Origin: Eledone cirrhosa
Lineage: Eukaryota
Reading direction: 5' to 3'
Assembly (NCBI GenBank): GCA_964016885.1
Contig: OZ024742.1
Coordinates: 307,210,001 to 307,274,000 of the forward strand
DNA length: 64,000 bases
In this document: piece after piece, positions 1 to 13,245 of the stretch
How the letters are laid out: every line of letters begins with the position of its first letter
Position numbering within the stretch: the stretch's first letter is position 1
The notes under the pieces: generated by a model
What the model saw: only the letters and a program-made list of their open reading frames with translations
What the model was told of the DNA's origin: nothing
The model's database searches: none
Position numbers and translations under genes: made by a program

Positions 1-1591
1 TCCTTGTCAGGCAGTTACAGGAAAAGTACCTAGCTAAAAGTAAACCACTCTATCTGGCATTTGTCAACCTTGAAAAAGCCTTTGACAGAGTTCCACATGC
101 TGTAATCTGGTGGGCTCTTAGAAAACTAAGAGTAGATGAATGGCTTGTGAAAGCGGTACAAGCCATCTATAGGGGAGCAGTCAGCAAAGTTAGGATTAGC
201 AATGAGTATGGCGAGGAATTTAGCGTACAGGTTGGGGTCCACCAAGGCTCTGTTCTTAGCCCCTGTTCATCATAGTTCTGCAGGCAATAACGGAGGAGTT
301 TAAGACCGGATGCCCATGGGAACTCTTGTATGCTGATGACCTCGCACTTATAGCTGAATCTATGGTAGAACTAGAGAAGAAATTCCAAACTTGGAAGCAG
401 GGACTAGAAAGAAAGGGTCTCAAAGTCAACATGACAAAGACTAAGGTCCTTGTAAATAGACGAGAAAACAGAACCCAGATCCCCTCAGGGAAATGGCCTT
501 GCTCAGTATGTAGGAAAGGTGTAGGTAGGAACTCCATTCTCTGCCCCAAATGCAAACAATGGGTACACAAGAGATGTAGCGGGATCTCAGGAAGCTTAAT
601 TAAGAATGTAGGCTTCACATGCAGCAGCTGTGCTGGGACAGCAAGCAGCAAACAGCCACAGGAAACAAGTACCACCAATCTCTGGGAGGGCTCTGTAGAA
701 ACAGTAGACAGCTTCTGCTACCTAGGTGACCGAATTAGCAGCGGAGGTGGGTGTTCAGAAAGTACAATAACTAGGATAAGAACGGGATGGAAAAAGTTTA
801 GGGAACTACTACCACTGCTAGCTGCAAAAGGCTTCTCCCTCAAAATGAAAGGCAGAATGTATGATGCGTGTATCCGAACAGCGATGTTGCATCGTAGTGA
901 GACCTGGGCGCTGAAGGTAGAAGACTTACGCAGATTAGAGAGAAACGAAGCCTGCATGCTCCGATGGATGTGTAACAGTAATATACGCAAACGACAAAGC
1001 ATAAATGAATTGAGAGAGAGACTGAGCATAAGAGGAATCAAATGCTGTGTGCAGGAGAGGCGGTTGCGCTGGTATGGACATATGCGTATGAAGGATGACA
1101 GCTGCATAAAAAGGTGCAGAGCACTAGAAGTCGATGGAAACCGCGGAGTGGGGAGACCCAAGATGACCTGGGATGAGGTGATAAAAGCCGACCTTACCCA
1201 ATTACACCTCTCAAAGGCACGACCGTGACCTCTGGCGTCACGCAGTAATACAGAGTACCCGACCTCCCATGGGTACAAGCTGAAGCATATAGACAATATG
1301 CCCCCACACCCCCCACCGCAAGGTGGTCGTGGAGGTGCCACGGCAAAAAAGCACCCAGCCCACACTGTAAAGTGGACGTGTAGGCGCCACGAAAAAGCAC
1401 CCAGCACTCACTGTAAATGAGGTTGGTGTTATGAAGGGCATCCAGCTGTAGAAATCAAGCCAAATCAGTTCCTGTATGAGCAAGGCATGGTCAGCCGACC
1501 AGACATTGCCCACAACAGGACAACCCGTCTAACCCATGCTAGCGTGGAAGAACGGACGTAAAACGGTGATGATGAGGATGATGATGATGAT
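1..1591 (+). mobile_element. RTE-clade LINE (family A), 3' part, frameshifted
   Basis: RT motifs LYLAFVNLEKAFDRV, QVGVHQGSVLSP, LLYADDL, FCYLG, RRLRWYGH; 3' extension and (GAT)n tail. Confidence 0.93.
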
Positions 1592-2324
1592 CCTACTGGT
1601 TCACATTTTAGTGAACCCAGAACAATGACATGTAAACATTGACCTCAATAGAATTTGAACTCATGACAAAAAAAGGTGTATCTAAATATTGGTTTCTGAT
1701 TTAGGCACAAAGCCAACAATTTTTGGGGAAGGGAAAGTCAACTAAATCCAAACCAGTGCATTACTAGTATTTTATTTTATCGACCCCCGTAAGGATGAAT
1801 TCAAAGCTAATCTCGGCAAGAATTGAACTCAAGTTGTAAAGGGCCATAACTCTGTGCCATAAATCATGATGTCCGACGCTCCACTGACACTGCCAAAATA
1901 TTGCAAGGCATTTTGTTCCCTACTTAACTGCTCATTGTCCATTGATTCAATGTTGATGATGCTTTGCTTCATGAGATATCTCAACCATACCTTTGATGAG
2001 CATACAGATGTGATTCAAGTCCAATATGTAAAAGACGGATCCAGCGACAAGCCAGACATAGATGTTGTTACTAACATTGTGACTGTTAGATGACCAAATT
2101 TGACAATAGTGCCTTGCTGCCTTTCTATCATCCCATTGCATTCAGCTTCAAATTGACGCACACCATCATATACAACTCTCCTCTACACCTTCAGATCACA
2201 ATTGCACAGGTTGTGAGGATGCTTGAGACAGACCTTTATTAACTAAATTAAAAGTGAAATGGTATCAGGAAGGGCATCTCATTGTAGAATTCTACCTTAA
2301 AAGGTTTCATCTAACCCATGATCA

Positions 2325-2695
2325 TGTGGTTAGAGCATTGGCCTTGCAATCGAAAGGTTGTGAGTTCAATTCTCGGACCGGTTGATGTGTTGTTTCCTTG
2401 AGCAAGACACTTTATTTCACATTGCTCCAGTTTACTCAGCTGTAGAAATTAGATGATCGGACTGGGGTTCCTATCATTCCACTGCAAAGTGGTCGTGGAG
2501 GTGCCACGGCAAAAAAGCACCCAGCCCACACTGTAAAGTGGACGTGTAGGCGCCACGGAAAAAAAGCACCCAGCACTCACTGTAAATGAGTTTGGTGTTA
2601 GGAAGGGCATCCAGCTGAAGAAATCAAGCCAGAATCAGTTCCCGTCCCACCCTTGCAAGCAGGGAAAAGCGGACGTAAAATGATGATGATGATGA
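2325..2695 (+). mobile_element. Composite tRNA-head SINE with RTE-derived body and tail
   Basis: A/B-box-like head (gtggttagagcattgg..gagttcaattctc), core tccttgagcaagacactt, the ggtgttaggaagggcatcc module, and a tail identical to the RTE-B 3' end plus (TGA)n. Second copy at 60287-60611. Confidence 0.8.
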
Positions 2696-2908
2696 CCTGC
2701 AGAATTGGTGATTAAAATGGAAAAACAAAACAATGACATTTGGAATATCTTCAGATTAACTAGGATGCTTGCAGCAGAGTGAACTGCATTAAAGGCATCC
2801 AATAGTGAAACAGAGGTGTTAAACAGCTGATGGATTGAGAATTTTTACTGTTAGTTTACTCTAAAATCTTGGTAATTTAACAAGAAATATAAGATAGTCT
2901 TTACTCAC

Positions 2909-3016
2909 CGTAAACATTGAAATTAGGTGACACTGTGCTATCAGCTATGGTAAATAGAGCAAGGCCAACACACATGCAAACACAGGCTATAAGATCCAAG
3001 AAACCATAGCGTTTAC
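2909..3016 (-). CDS. SLC35B3: SLC35B3 coding exon 4 (gene continues left of window)
   Basis: tttcAG acceptor; GKRYGFLDLIACVCMCVGLALFTIADSTVSPNFNVYG; GTGAGT donor; 108 nt, phase 1 to 1. Matches PAPST2 GKRY...FTLADS..PNFN. Confidence 0.93.
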
Positions 3017-3537
3017 CTGAAAGAAAAGTTAACAAGTCACAATGATTATCATTTTAGATCAGCAATAATGGAGAAGAGCTACCTTTATATAGTTATAAAG
3101 GTTGGTGTTTTACATTTTAATTTTTACCTCTTAATTATTATGTATTTTCTCCATTTTTCGTAGACCTTATATCCTTCACTATAGTGGTTCTCTACCCCAT
3201 GCAATTGAAAACATAACCCCTTTTTGTGTTTTCTTCTCTATATACTGTATTATTGAGAGCTCAGTAATTTATTCCTTGAGCTCATAAAATTACAGGGGAT
3301 TAACGCGAGTCTTTAACTCCATTTTTTCAATTGTTTTCGCTCCTAAATTCTTCGTTAGTTGAGCTTTCTAAGTTGAATGGTTACAGGCTGCCATTTCTAG
3401 CGGCTCTGATCCATTCACGCCACTATATACTGTCTGATGCGCATGTTTTCATTCTAACACCATGTCTGAGTTGTCTGAGTTAATAACAGCAAAAAAGAAA
3501 AGTCAGAAATCAAAGAGAATTCCAGCAAATTGCTTAC

Positions 3538-3692
3538 CTTGAATGATAATACCACCAATCATGACAGGAATAAGTTTGCAAGATTTAAATATCTGCTGCG
3601 TTGGGAAATTCAAATAACCCATTGAGGAATTTGACAATCCAATGGTAGCTACTGAGATGAAAGCTAGTATGCTATATGTCCTTAGCGGTGCT
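3538..3692 (-). CDS. SLC35B3: SLC35B3 coding exon 3
   Basis: tgcAG acceptor; APLRTYSILAFISVATIGLSNSSMGYLNFPTQQIFKSCKLIPVMIGGIIIQG; GTAAGC donor; 155 nt, phase 2 to 1. Contains the diagnostic SLC35B motif YLNxPTQxIFKxCKLIPVM. Confidence 0.95.
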
Positions 3693-4234
3693 CTGCATTT
3701 CAAAGAAAGAAAAAAACAAAAAGAATTATAATTTCACATCCTATTGTAGGCAGTATTTGATCCAGCTTGATTAACTAATAAAAAGGTTTCACTCCTACTT
3801 AATGGACATGTGGTTAAGAATCAGAAGTGGGTCTAATTTTAAATAGTACAATTTCTAGGAATGCAAGAATGTTTTATATTTACTATAAGCTGTTATCTCT
3901 GCATTTTATGTCACCAACAATAGAGAGTTTTTTTGTGGCTTTGACACAAATGAAGAGTACTTTCAACCTTATATTTGTATATTTTTAAAGCTGGATGCCC
4001 TTCCTATTACTAACCAATTTACAGAGTGCACTGGTTGCATTTTATCATGCCACTACCATAAGAGAGCTTTTCATGCCCTCAGATACCCTTCCTATCAACT
4101 TAAAATATTTGATGCCTTCACAAATCCTACAGAAGTCAACTTTGCACTTTATCCCTCCAGTGTCAGTAAATAACCAATTGAGTATGGTGGATTGAGGGTA
4201 TATATTTTGGCCCTTTTTATTCTGAGTTAAAACT

Positions 4235-4532
4235 TTGCCAAGGTAAGTTTTGCCTTTCTTCTTTCCAGGAGGGAAATGGGGTCAACGGAATAGAGTAGCA
4301 TTTAAGATACTAGGGTGCAGCCTTCTCATCTTCATGCTGTCACATATAAAGATATTCCACTACCAAGAGTGGAAGGACTGAGAATCTTGCCAAGGTCAGT
4401 TTTGCCTTTCTTATTTCCAGGAAAGAAATGTGGTCAATAGAATAGAGTAACAGCTAAGATACTAGGATGCAGCCTTCTCTTCCTCATGCTGTCATATATA
4501 AAGATATTCCACTATCAAGGGTGGAATGACTG
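4235..4532. repeat. Tandem duplication, about 152-bp unit
   Basis: ttgccaaggt..tttgcctttc...gatattccacta..gtggaa(g/t)gactg occurs twice. Confidence 0.8.
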
Positions 4533-5461
4533 GGAAAATGTGTGTCTTCTCACAATTACAAGAATATTTAAAACAGGGATGTAGGGATGGTGTATGCTGC
4601 TACCAGATTAGTTCGATGGTTGGTTGTTTGGATGGTTGGTTGTTAAAAGAGGCTAGAATTTCATGTCCACTTTACTTTAGCTTTGTAGAAATTCAGACCA
4701 AAGAAGGTAAACTGGCAATGTATCAGTCACTCCCCAATAGGTTTGTGGTTGAACCTGTAACAGTGGAGACTTCTGGTATTCTTGACCACTGGACCATCTC
4801 CTTATTCACTACTGTCAGGGTGGAGTTGACCACCTGCAAGAGCAAGCCAAGTGAGTTGGAATGGCTATTTCAATGCATTTCCTTTGCCATCCTCCATTTT
4901 CTCAGCTAGGACCATGAAACAGTCTACACAAGGGTTCCCCCATACTGTCCAGGCCTACATCACAGGGGTAGCAATGTTGGATTCGCTTAAAAAGAAAAAT
5001 TCATATTATATATTCACTGTATGTATGTATATATGTATGTATATATATATATATCATCACCATCATCATCTTCGTTTAACGTCCATTTTCCACGCTAGCA
5101 TGGGTTAGGCGGGAGTTGTCCCAATTTGAGTCAAGGTTGGTCGGGTGACCGTGTCTCGCTCATATAGGTCTATCTAGCAGGTTTTCTATGGCTGGATGCC
5201 CTTCCTAACACCAACCACATTTACAGTGTCGAACTGGGAACTTTTTACCGTGTTACCTACACGGCCACATTACAGCGTGGACTGTGTGTTTTTTGTTGTG
5301 ACACCTACACAATCTCGATCTCATTATCTCATTTATTTGGACTGGACGTTGTGGTACCAACTTTACAGAGAGAGGGTGGTGTTGGTAGGAGTGGGAGGAT
5401 AGGGTAGGGGTAGTGGATTGTGGTGTATATTTTGTTAAGAGGTGCCTACTGACTGTAGGTT

Positions 5462-8400
5462 TATCATCATCATCATCATTTTACGTCCGCTTTTCCCTGC
5501 TTGCAAGGGTGGGACGGGTCTTATTCAGCACAGCATCTTTCCACTCGTCACGGTCCCTCGTCATCTCCACCGTGAGCTTCAATGATCTGAGGTCTGTTCT
5601 CACCACCTCCGCCCATGTTTTTCGTTGTCTACCTCTACCACGTCTTCCTTCAACTGGCAATTCCTGGCACTTCTTCACCCATCGGTCATCCTCCATGCGC
5701 ATCACATGTCCATACCACCTCAGTCTCCTCTCCCGTACACTACATTCTATCCCTCTCAGACACAGTTTCTCTCTCAACACATTTAAGCTGGGTCGTTCAC
5801 GCACATTTACACTGCACATCCAACGGAGCATGCTTGCCTCATTTCTCTCCAGCCGTCGCATGTCCTCTGCAGTTACTGCCCATGTCTCACTACCATGCAG
5901 CATCGCACTCCTCACACAGGCATCATACAACCGGCCTTTCGTACGCAGGGAGAAACCCTTCTTCGTCAACAGAGGAAGCAGCTCCCTAAACTTCTTCCAA
6001 CCCGTCCTTATTCTAGATACTATGGCCTCGGAACACCCTCTTCCCATGCTAATCTGATCTCCTAGGTACCGGAAGCTATCCACCACTTTTATAGCGCCCT
6101 CCTGCATTTAAAAAACGTGTCTATCAATGCGACTTCTACTGTCTAATTTCCCTGTACACCTACAGCATACATATTTCTCCCTACCTGTTAGTTTGCCTGC
6201 TATCCCGCTACATCTCTTGTGTACCCAGGATCTGCATTGTGTACATTTTATAGAATTTATGCCAGTTCCTTTTCTGCATATCGAACATGGCCATTTCCCT
6301 GACGGAATCAGGGTTTTGTCCTCTTTTCTACTCATCAACACTTTTGTCTTAGCTAGATTCACTCTCAGTCCTCTTGCTTCCAACTGCTGTTTCCATAGCC
6401 AGAATTTATTCTCTAGCTCCTCTACTGATTCTGCTATAAGAACCAGATCGTCAGCATAGAGAAGTTCCCATGGACAGCCAGTCTTAAACTCCTCTGTTAT
6501 GGCTTGGAGGACTATAATGAACAAGAGCGGGCTGAGGACCGAACCCTGATGTACTCCTACTTGTATCTGGAATTCCTCACTAAACTCCATTCCTACCCTG
6601 ACTTTACTGAGAGTACCTTTGTACAAAGTTTGCACTGTCCTCACAAGCTATTCCTCAACACCTAGCTTCCTTAGGGACCACCAGATGACAGATCGGGGTA
6701 CCCTATCAAAGGCCTTCTCTAGGTCAACAAAGGCTAAGTATAGTGGCTTATTCTTCTCTAAGAACCTCTCTTGCAATTGTCTCACCAAGAAGGGGGCATC
6801 TGTTGTACTCTTCCCAGGCACAAAACCAAACTGCATCTCATCTAGTTTGACCCTTTCTCTAATTAGTTGTGCTAAAATCCTTTCTGCCACTTTCATAACC
6901 TGATCTATCAGTTTTATACCCCTATAATTGCTCCTCTCCAAAGCATCCCCTTTACCTGTGTAGCAATTTATGAGAATACTGCTGCACCAGTCTTTGGGTA
7001 TGACACCACCATATATAGCCTGATTGATGATGCGTGCAACCAGTTTAGTGCCTACGTCTCCTGATGCCTTCAGCATCTCAGCAACTATCCCCAATGGTCC
7101 GGCAGCCTTATCATTTTTCATTTCCCTAATCGCCTCTTGGACCCTATATTCGTCAATGTCAATAGCTGGTCCCTCTGTCGGATCTACCAAGGGTAATTTC
7201 TCTCTCTCCCATTCGTTTTCCACATTCATCAGTCTCTCATAATGACATTTCCAGGCCTCCTTTTTCTGATCATTCGTGACACTAAGTACACCGGCATCAT
7301 CCCGGACACATTTATCTCCAACAACATCCTGATTTGCATTGACACACTGCCTTGCAATGTGGAACACCGCCCGCCTCTGATCTTCCCGTCGCAGAGCATT
7401 GGCAAACCTCCTACTCTCTGCCTCCCTGCGTGCTAAGTACACCTGACGTCTAGCTTCTTTCTTAGTAGCCGTATATTCTTCCCTACTCCCACCCTTTTTC
7501 CAAGCCTTCCATGCTAGTCTTTTGTCTCTAATAGCCTTATCTACTGTGCTGTTCCACCACCAGGTCACTCTCTGTCTGGTTGGAGCTCTGCTCCAGCCAC
7601 AAGTTTCATCAGTAGCCTGCAGCAAGTTGTCACGTAGGAAATTCCAGTTATTATCTATGTCATACGTCTCTAAATCGTCTTCTTTTTCGTCATATACATC
7701 TTGAAGGGCTTTCCTAAATTTGTATTTTAGTGAAAGGTCTTTTAGCTTCCAGACCTTTCTTCTCCACACCTTCCTATGTGTCTCATTCCATCTCTTGCTT
7801 ACTGAGATATCACTAACAACTAACCTATGCTGTGGGGTACATTCTTCCCCAGGGTATGCCTTGGTATTAGACACTATCTGCCTGTCCCGCTGCCTAACTA
7901 GTAAAAAGTCAATCTGGCTTATGTGCTCACCAGATTTGTAGGTTATTAGGTGATTGGCAGGTTATGTTACAAATAGTCAATGTACCAGCATCACAAAATT
8001 CAAGAAGTCTCACTCCTTCTTCATTTCTTGAACCGTAACCGTAACCGTGCCCACCATGTACCCCAGTGTAACCATCCTGGAGCTCTCCAACATGACCATT
8101 GAAGTCTCCTGCTAGCATAACGATGTCTCCGTCCTCTGTCATTGCGGTTGTTTGCAAAAGTTGCTCATAAAAGCAGTCTTTCTCATCTTTGCCTAGGCCT
8201 GCTTGGGGAGCATAGGCCGAGATGATTGTCAGTAGTCTCCTACCTACAACTAATCTAAGCTTAATTATTCGATTACTAACTCGAACTACCTCTATTGTCT
8301 TATTGATCCATTTCTCAGCCAGGAAAATGCCTACTCCCCCTAACCCATCATCCTTACCTACTCAGAATAGCTTATAGCTAAGACGTTTGCCTACGACTAG

Positions 8401-8690
8401 TTTCGCAGAGGCACCTCTCCATCTCACCTCTTGCACGCAGCACACATCCACCTGCCTTCTCTCCAGCATATCCGCTATTTCAGCAGATCTACCTCTGAGA
8501 GTGCCAACATTAAGTGTTGCAACTCTGAGATGCGACGTCTTCATATTTTGTTGTTGTTCCTATTTGTTGCTGTGCTGATAAGCGTTTTGGCATTGATACA
8601 CTGGTTGGATGCCCTTCCTAACACCAGCGCCACGTTACAGCATGGACTGGGTGCTTTTATTTGTGCCACCAGCACTAGAGAGGATGTCTT
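5462..8690 (-). mobile_element. Near full-length RTE-clade LINE (family B), inactivated
   Basis: APE endonuclease (RVATLNVGTL..VCCVQEVRW, ISAYAPQ, LAGDFNGHVG, QHRLVV) followed by RT (QFGF.PGKST, AFVDLEKAFDRV, QGSVLSP, YADD, FRYLG) and a (TGA)n tail. The ORF is split by stops and frameshifts; the 5' end is approximate. Confidence 0.95.
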
Positions 8691-8769
8691 ACTAGACTCA
8701 AGGGCCCTCTCTACCCCTCCATTTTACAGCATGGTCATTAAAAAAAATATAAAATTAAAAAAAAAAACT

Positions 8770-9430
8770 TAGACACGACGCACACACACACACTCACACA
8801 CCAACACTCATGCATACAAACCACAACCACACACACGCCACTCACACACCAACACTCATTCATGCATACAATCACACACACCACTCACAAACACATATAT
8901 ATATATATATTACCGACAGTACTGATACAAATACAAAATCAAAATCAAAATCAATCAAAATCAATATCATGTCAACTGTTGACCTTTCCCAGTCCAGTTC
9001 AGCTTGTATATAATAATAATAATAATTGTTTGCTTTACACTGGTAATGGCGGTGGTGGTGGTGGATGGTGTCAGTGTGGTGGTGGTGGATGGTCAGTGAT
9101 GGTGGTGGCAGTTGTTGGTGCTGTAGTTGTTATTGTAGTTGCTGCTGCTGTTGCTGTTGTCGTTGTTGCTGTTGTCACTGTTGTTGTTGTTGTTGTTCAT
9201 TACACTGCTGCTGTTGCTGCAGACAATGGTGTTGATGCTGTTATTGCTGTCGCATATATACAAATACATACATACACACACATTCAACACAGACAATGGT
9301 GTTGTTGCCGTTGTTGTTGTTGGTGTTGCTGCTGTTGTTGTTGTAGTTGTTGCTGTGTTGAAATCTGGTCGCATCCACTGAGATATACATATACACACAC
9401 ATATATATATGTATATACACATACATACAT
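8770..9430. repeat. Compound microsatellite/low-complexity tract (CA, TA, GGT, GTT, GCT)
   Basis: Direct inspection. Other long simple repeats at 12036-12128, 19313-19405, 41157-41218 and 43370-43418. Confidence 0.85.
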
Positions 9431-9661
9431 CAAAAGAAAAGAGTCAGCAGTATGTCAACAGGGAACAGGTCAGCCACCTTAGATAGAGTAATGAGTACTG
9501 TGGTGATGGTGGGGAGCGAGTGTAGACGTTATTGTTATTGTAGTGGCGGGAGGTGGGGGTGTCAGTGAGATGTACAAGTTCATAGATCACTTGTCTCTAA
9601 TCCTCTCTCTTCAAAATTTTGAATTTATGGCTTTTGCAATGGCGGACAAGTATATATAATA

Positions 9662-10422
9662 GGCATAGGTAAAATATAATGTCCGAGAAAGTGAAACTAA
9701 TTTTTATGACAAGTGAATGTGTTTGTTTTGTTTTTTTTATATTGAAAGTTACGATACAGTTTGTTTATTTACAACAGGTCTCTATAGTGATATGGTGTTA
9801 ATTAGTATTGCGTGTGTGATTATTTTCTCATATATATATGTGTGATTATTTTCTCTTATATGTATATGTGTGTATATATATGTGTGTCTGTATTGCCTCA
9901 TCGAAGTCCCAGATCGAAGCCGTGAGACTCTTGTCCCCATTATACAGGAATGGATTTTGCCAGGAAGCCACATCATGTCCGATGGTTGGGCTCCCTATTC
10001 TGATATTGAGGAAATTCAAGGTGGCATTTACCTCCATGATGTTGTTGTGCACCAACGGAACTTTGTCGATCCTGAAGACCCTAATGTGCACACACAACTC
10101 ATAGAGAACACTTGGAGCCGTGCGAAGAAAAAGCTCCGTCGACAACATGGGACAAGCGACGATTTATTCCCCTCGTATTTAGCTGAATTTCTTTGGCGGC
10201 AGAGAGTTGGTGCCAACAAATTTGGCGAGATGATCAACTGTATTTCAACTATTTATACGGTCTAATAAGGATGTTGATAAGGTACGTCTAATTTTCCGTA
10301 CACACAATACACAAAAAAAGAAAAAAGAAAAAATAATCACACACGCAATACTAAAAAACAAACACATTCACTTGTCATAAAAATTAGTTTCACTTTCTCG
10401 GACGTTATATTTTACCTATGCC
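9662..10422 (+). mobile_element. Merlin (IS1016/ISXO2-like) DNA transposon deletion derivative with transposase C-terminus
   Basis: TIRs of about 65 bp (GGCATAGGTAAAATATAA...). The ORF EVPDRSRETLVPIIQEWILPGSHIMSDGW..Y...HDVVVH..NFVDP...VHTQLIENTWS..K...YLAEFLWR is a DDE_Tnp_IS1595-type core. Confidence 0.88.
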
Positions 10423-11621
10423 TATCTGTTAGAACACGAAAAGTGTGAAACAACAGAATGTTCACTTTTCGTGTTCTAACATATATGCCTAGCTTCTTTA
10501 AAAATTTTTCGGGGATAGCCGTGGTGGTGGTGATCGTATGTCATTGGCTAATTTTCAACCAATCAGAGTACCTCTCTCTATATCTCTTCCACTGTTACTT
10601 ACGCCTGTTTCTCTCTATCTGTTCCGTCTCTATATATATCTCTTACTCTTTCGCTTTGCACTCCTCCCCTTCAATACCATCTCTCCCCCTCTCTATATAT
10701 TTGTTACTCTATCGCTGCACGCTCCTCTCCTTCAATATATCAATTACACACGCTTTACACTCCTTTATCCCCAGCGCCCCTATATATACACCCCCCCCTC
10801 TCCCGCATCTATATTTTAATGTACCGTTGCACCGTGAATATATGTGTCTATATATATATACATATATATTGTATATACACATTCATGTATGTGTATACAC
10901 ACTCATGTATGTATATACACTGGTTTTATGTGTGTATTGTAAATTTGTACTGTTAAAACACGAAACTAACATTCGGTTGACACTTTGATTACCTGTACAG
11001 GCAATAGTTATTAGAATGCTGTTGAAGTGTGTATATATTTTTGGGGGACATCCTGTATATACACACATTATATATAATACAATAAACAGATAAATACACA
11101 CATATATATATGAGCTTATTTAATTATAAATATTGTGAATTTTTAACTCAGTTCAATTATATATATAAATGGCTTCTACAGGACTAGAACTGTTTCATTC
11201 GAAAGAAATCATCATAATATTGAGAGGGGGGACTAGATAAAATATTTCAAATCAAATGTGTATAAGTTATAAGTTAAAATGTATAAATAGAGACGATAGT
11301 GGAGGTATATCTGTTTAGTGGAACAGTAGACGATAGAATTAAATACAGACGATAATCTCCCTTTAATGAAACAGCAGACGATAGAATTAAGGCAATTTAA
11401 ATTTTAAGCATTTGCATTTTTGCCTTTCATCGTTACGGGGTCGATAAAATAAAGTACCAGTAATACACTGTCACTAGACGACTTTCAAATTGAATTGTTG
11501 GTTCCATTTCTTTAGTATTTTCAATTGTAGTTATCTACTTAAAAAGCGTTACACGGTTAGAGACATAATTCGTAAGTTATATCTTCCCTATTAAACCATT
11601 GCATTATTTCGCCTACAATAG

Positions 11622-11807
11622 GGCGGTGAATTGGCAGTATCGGTAGAGGGTTGGACGCCATGCTTTGACGCATAGAGTTACGGCCCTTGCCATTCTGAGT
11701 TCAAATCCCGCCGAGGTTAACTTTGCCTTTCATCCTTATGGGGTCGATAAAATAAAGTACCAGTAATGTACTGGATAATTGCTGGCCTTGTGCCAAAAGT
11801 AGAAACA
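11622..11807 (+). mobile_element. Dominant tRNA-derived SINE, complete copy with TSD
   Basis: ttggcagtatcggtagag..gagttcaaatcccgccgaggttaactttgcctttcatcc..gtcgataaaataaagtaccag..ggccttgtgccaaaagtagaaac; flanked by the 19-bp TSD attatttcgcctacaatag. About 20 copies in the window, approx. 1690-1896, 12524-12692, 16620-16768, 18480-18681, 23089-23310, 32616-32770, 36141-36258, 37858-38165, 38327-38498, 52990-53175, 62566-62740, 62896-63110. Confidence 0.9.
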
Positions 11808-12049
11808 ATTATTTCGCCTACAATAGAACAAAAATGAAATGTTCTTTAAAGAAACAGGAATATAACTTTATAAAAAAAAAGTTGCATCCGCTTCTTTTAT
11901 CATTGATAATTTTTTCGTTTTAATATTAATTGTTTTTTGTAGTTGTTTATATTAAAAATCTTACTGTAATATTTACTTAAACGAAGGCAAACATCTAAAC
12001 TTATAGATTAATCTTGAGCGAAGGACTAGATAAATCTCTCTCTCTCTCC

Positions 12050-12131
<82 letters not shown>

Positions 12132-13245
12132 GAAGAATGATAAAATTTCAAGCAAAGAGTTTAATTAGGTATATTTTGTAATATTATTAACTAATTATTA
12201 TAATTAACGCGCATATTTTGCTATCCTCAAACACGTTTACACATCGCATGAAATATAACTAATCCGAGATGGCTAGGTTTCATCTTCTAACTGGATATAC
12301 GAAATCCATTATGTCTTGACAACAACATGAGGTAACATTATGTTATTCACAGACACACTTTGTACACTGTTCCATATCAGAATGTATTTCCTTCGTCACA
12401 TTCACAAACAGTATTGAAAATATGTTCTTCGGCAAATAAAAATGTTTTGTTCATAATATTTCAACTAGCGATTGCTCTACTCCACGCACGACCACCATAA
12501 ATTAATGACCAGCTCAACACAAGTATTGGTAGAGCGTCAGACACCATGCTTTGCAGTATTGTTATGGTCCTTTGCATTCTAAGTTCAAATCCTGCCGAGG
12601 TTAACTTCGACTTTCATACTTACTAATTCGATAAAATAAAGTACCAGTAATGGACTGCCGTAATGGATTTGTGCCGAAAAATAGAAACACTATTAATGTG
12701 CAATAAGAGCAAAATATAACGACATTGCTCAATTATTTTATCTAATGTTGTAATAACACAAGGAAATGTTGTTTGTGTATTTTTTTTTATATTTGCTCAT
12801 AGGCTTTTACAATTTCGCTCAGCCAACAACTATTAAAAAGTGAGTTGCTTAAGATAACAATTTAATCACAAATTGTTGCTATCTTTTAATACACTCCAAC
12901 AAGTCATCAAATTATGTACAATAAAAACAAATCTTATTAATTTGCTCAGGGAATATAAAGAAAATGTATATACACTGATAATTGCAATTGTATGTAAATA
13001 TTTTGTTTTTGTATTGTATATTTTATGTTTTCTATTATGTATAATATATTGATTTAATATTGATTGTTTTTTGTAGTTGTTTATATTAAAAGTCTGAAAA
13101 TATTTTTATACATCTTACACTAATATTTATAAGATAATTTATAATAACAATTACATAATCTAATTACATTACAACGATAATTTATTATTAATATATATCC
13201 TGTTTAACTAGAGTTATTACAAGCGTTGCCTTAAAAAAATATTAA

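Noticed and set aside
1866-2170. Candidate next SLC35B3 exon
   Set aside because: No minus-strand frame resembles the expected GVxLISxALxADAxIGNxQEK; the remaining exons probably lie left of the window.
5413-7941. Plus-strand ORFs overlapping the RTE (also 718-1407, 28133-28579)
   Set aside because: Antisense shadows of the RT coding frame.
8810-9482. ORFs of up to 206 aa rich in V/C/N/T
   Set aside because: Translations of GTT/GGT/CA microsatellites with no domain or splice support.
9870-10265. Bacterial IS1595 contamination or horizontal transfer
   Set aside because: Embedded in host-type microsatellite arms shared with other local elements; explained by the eukaryotic Merlin superfamily.
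11181-11220. Another hammerhead-like motif (ATGATGA..GAAACAGTTC, minus)
   Set aside because: Core C3 is mutated and there is no stem I; too degenerate to call.
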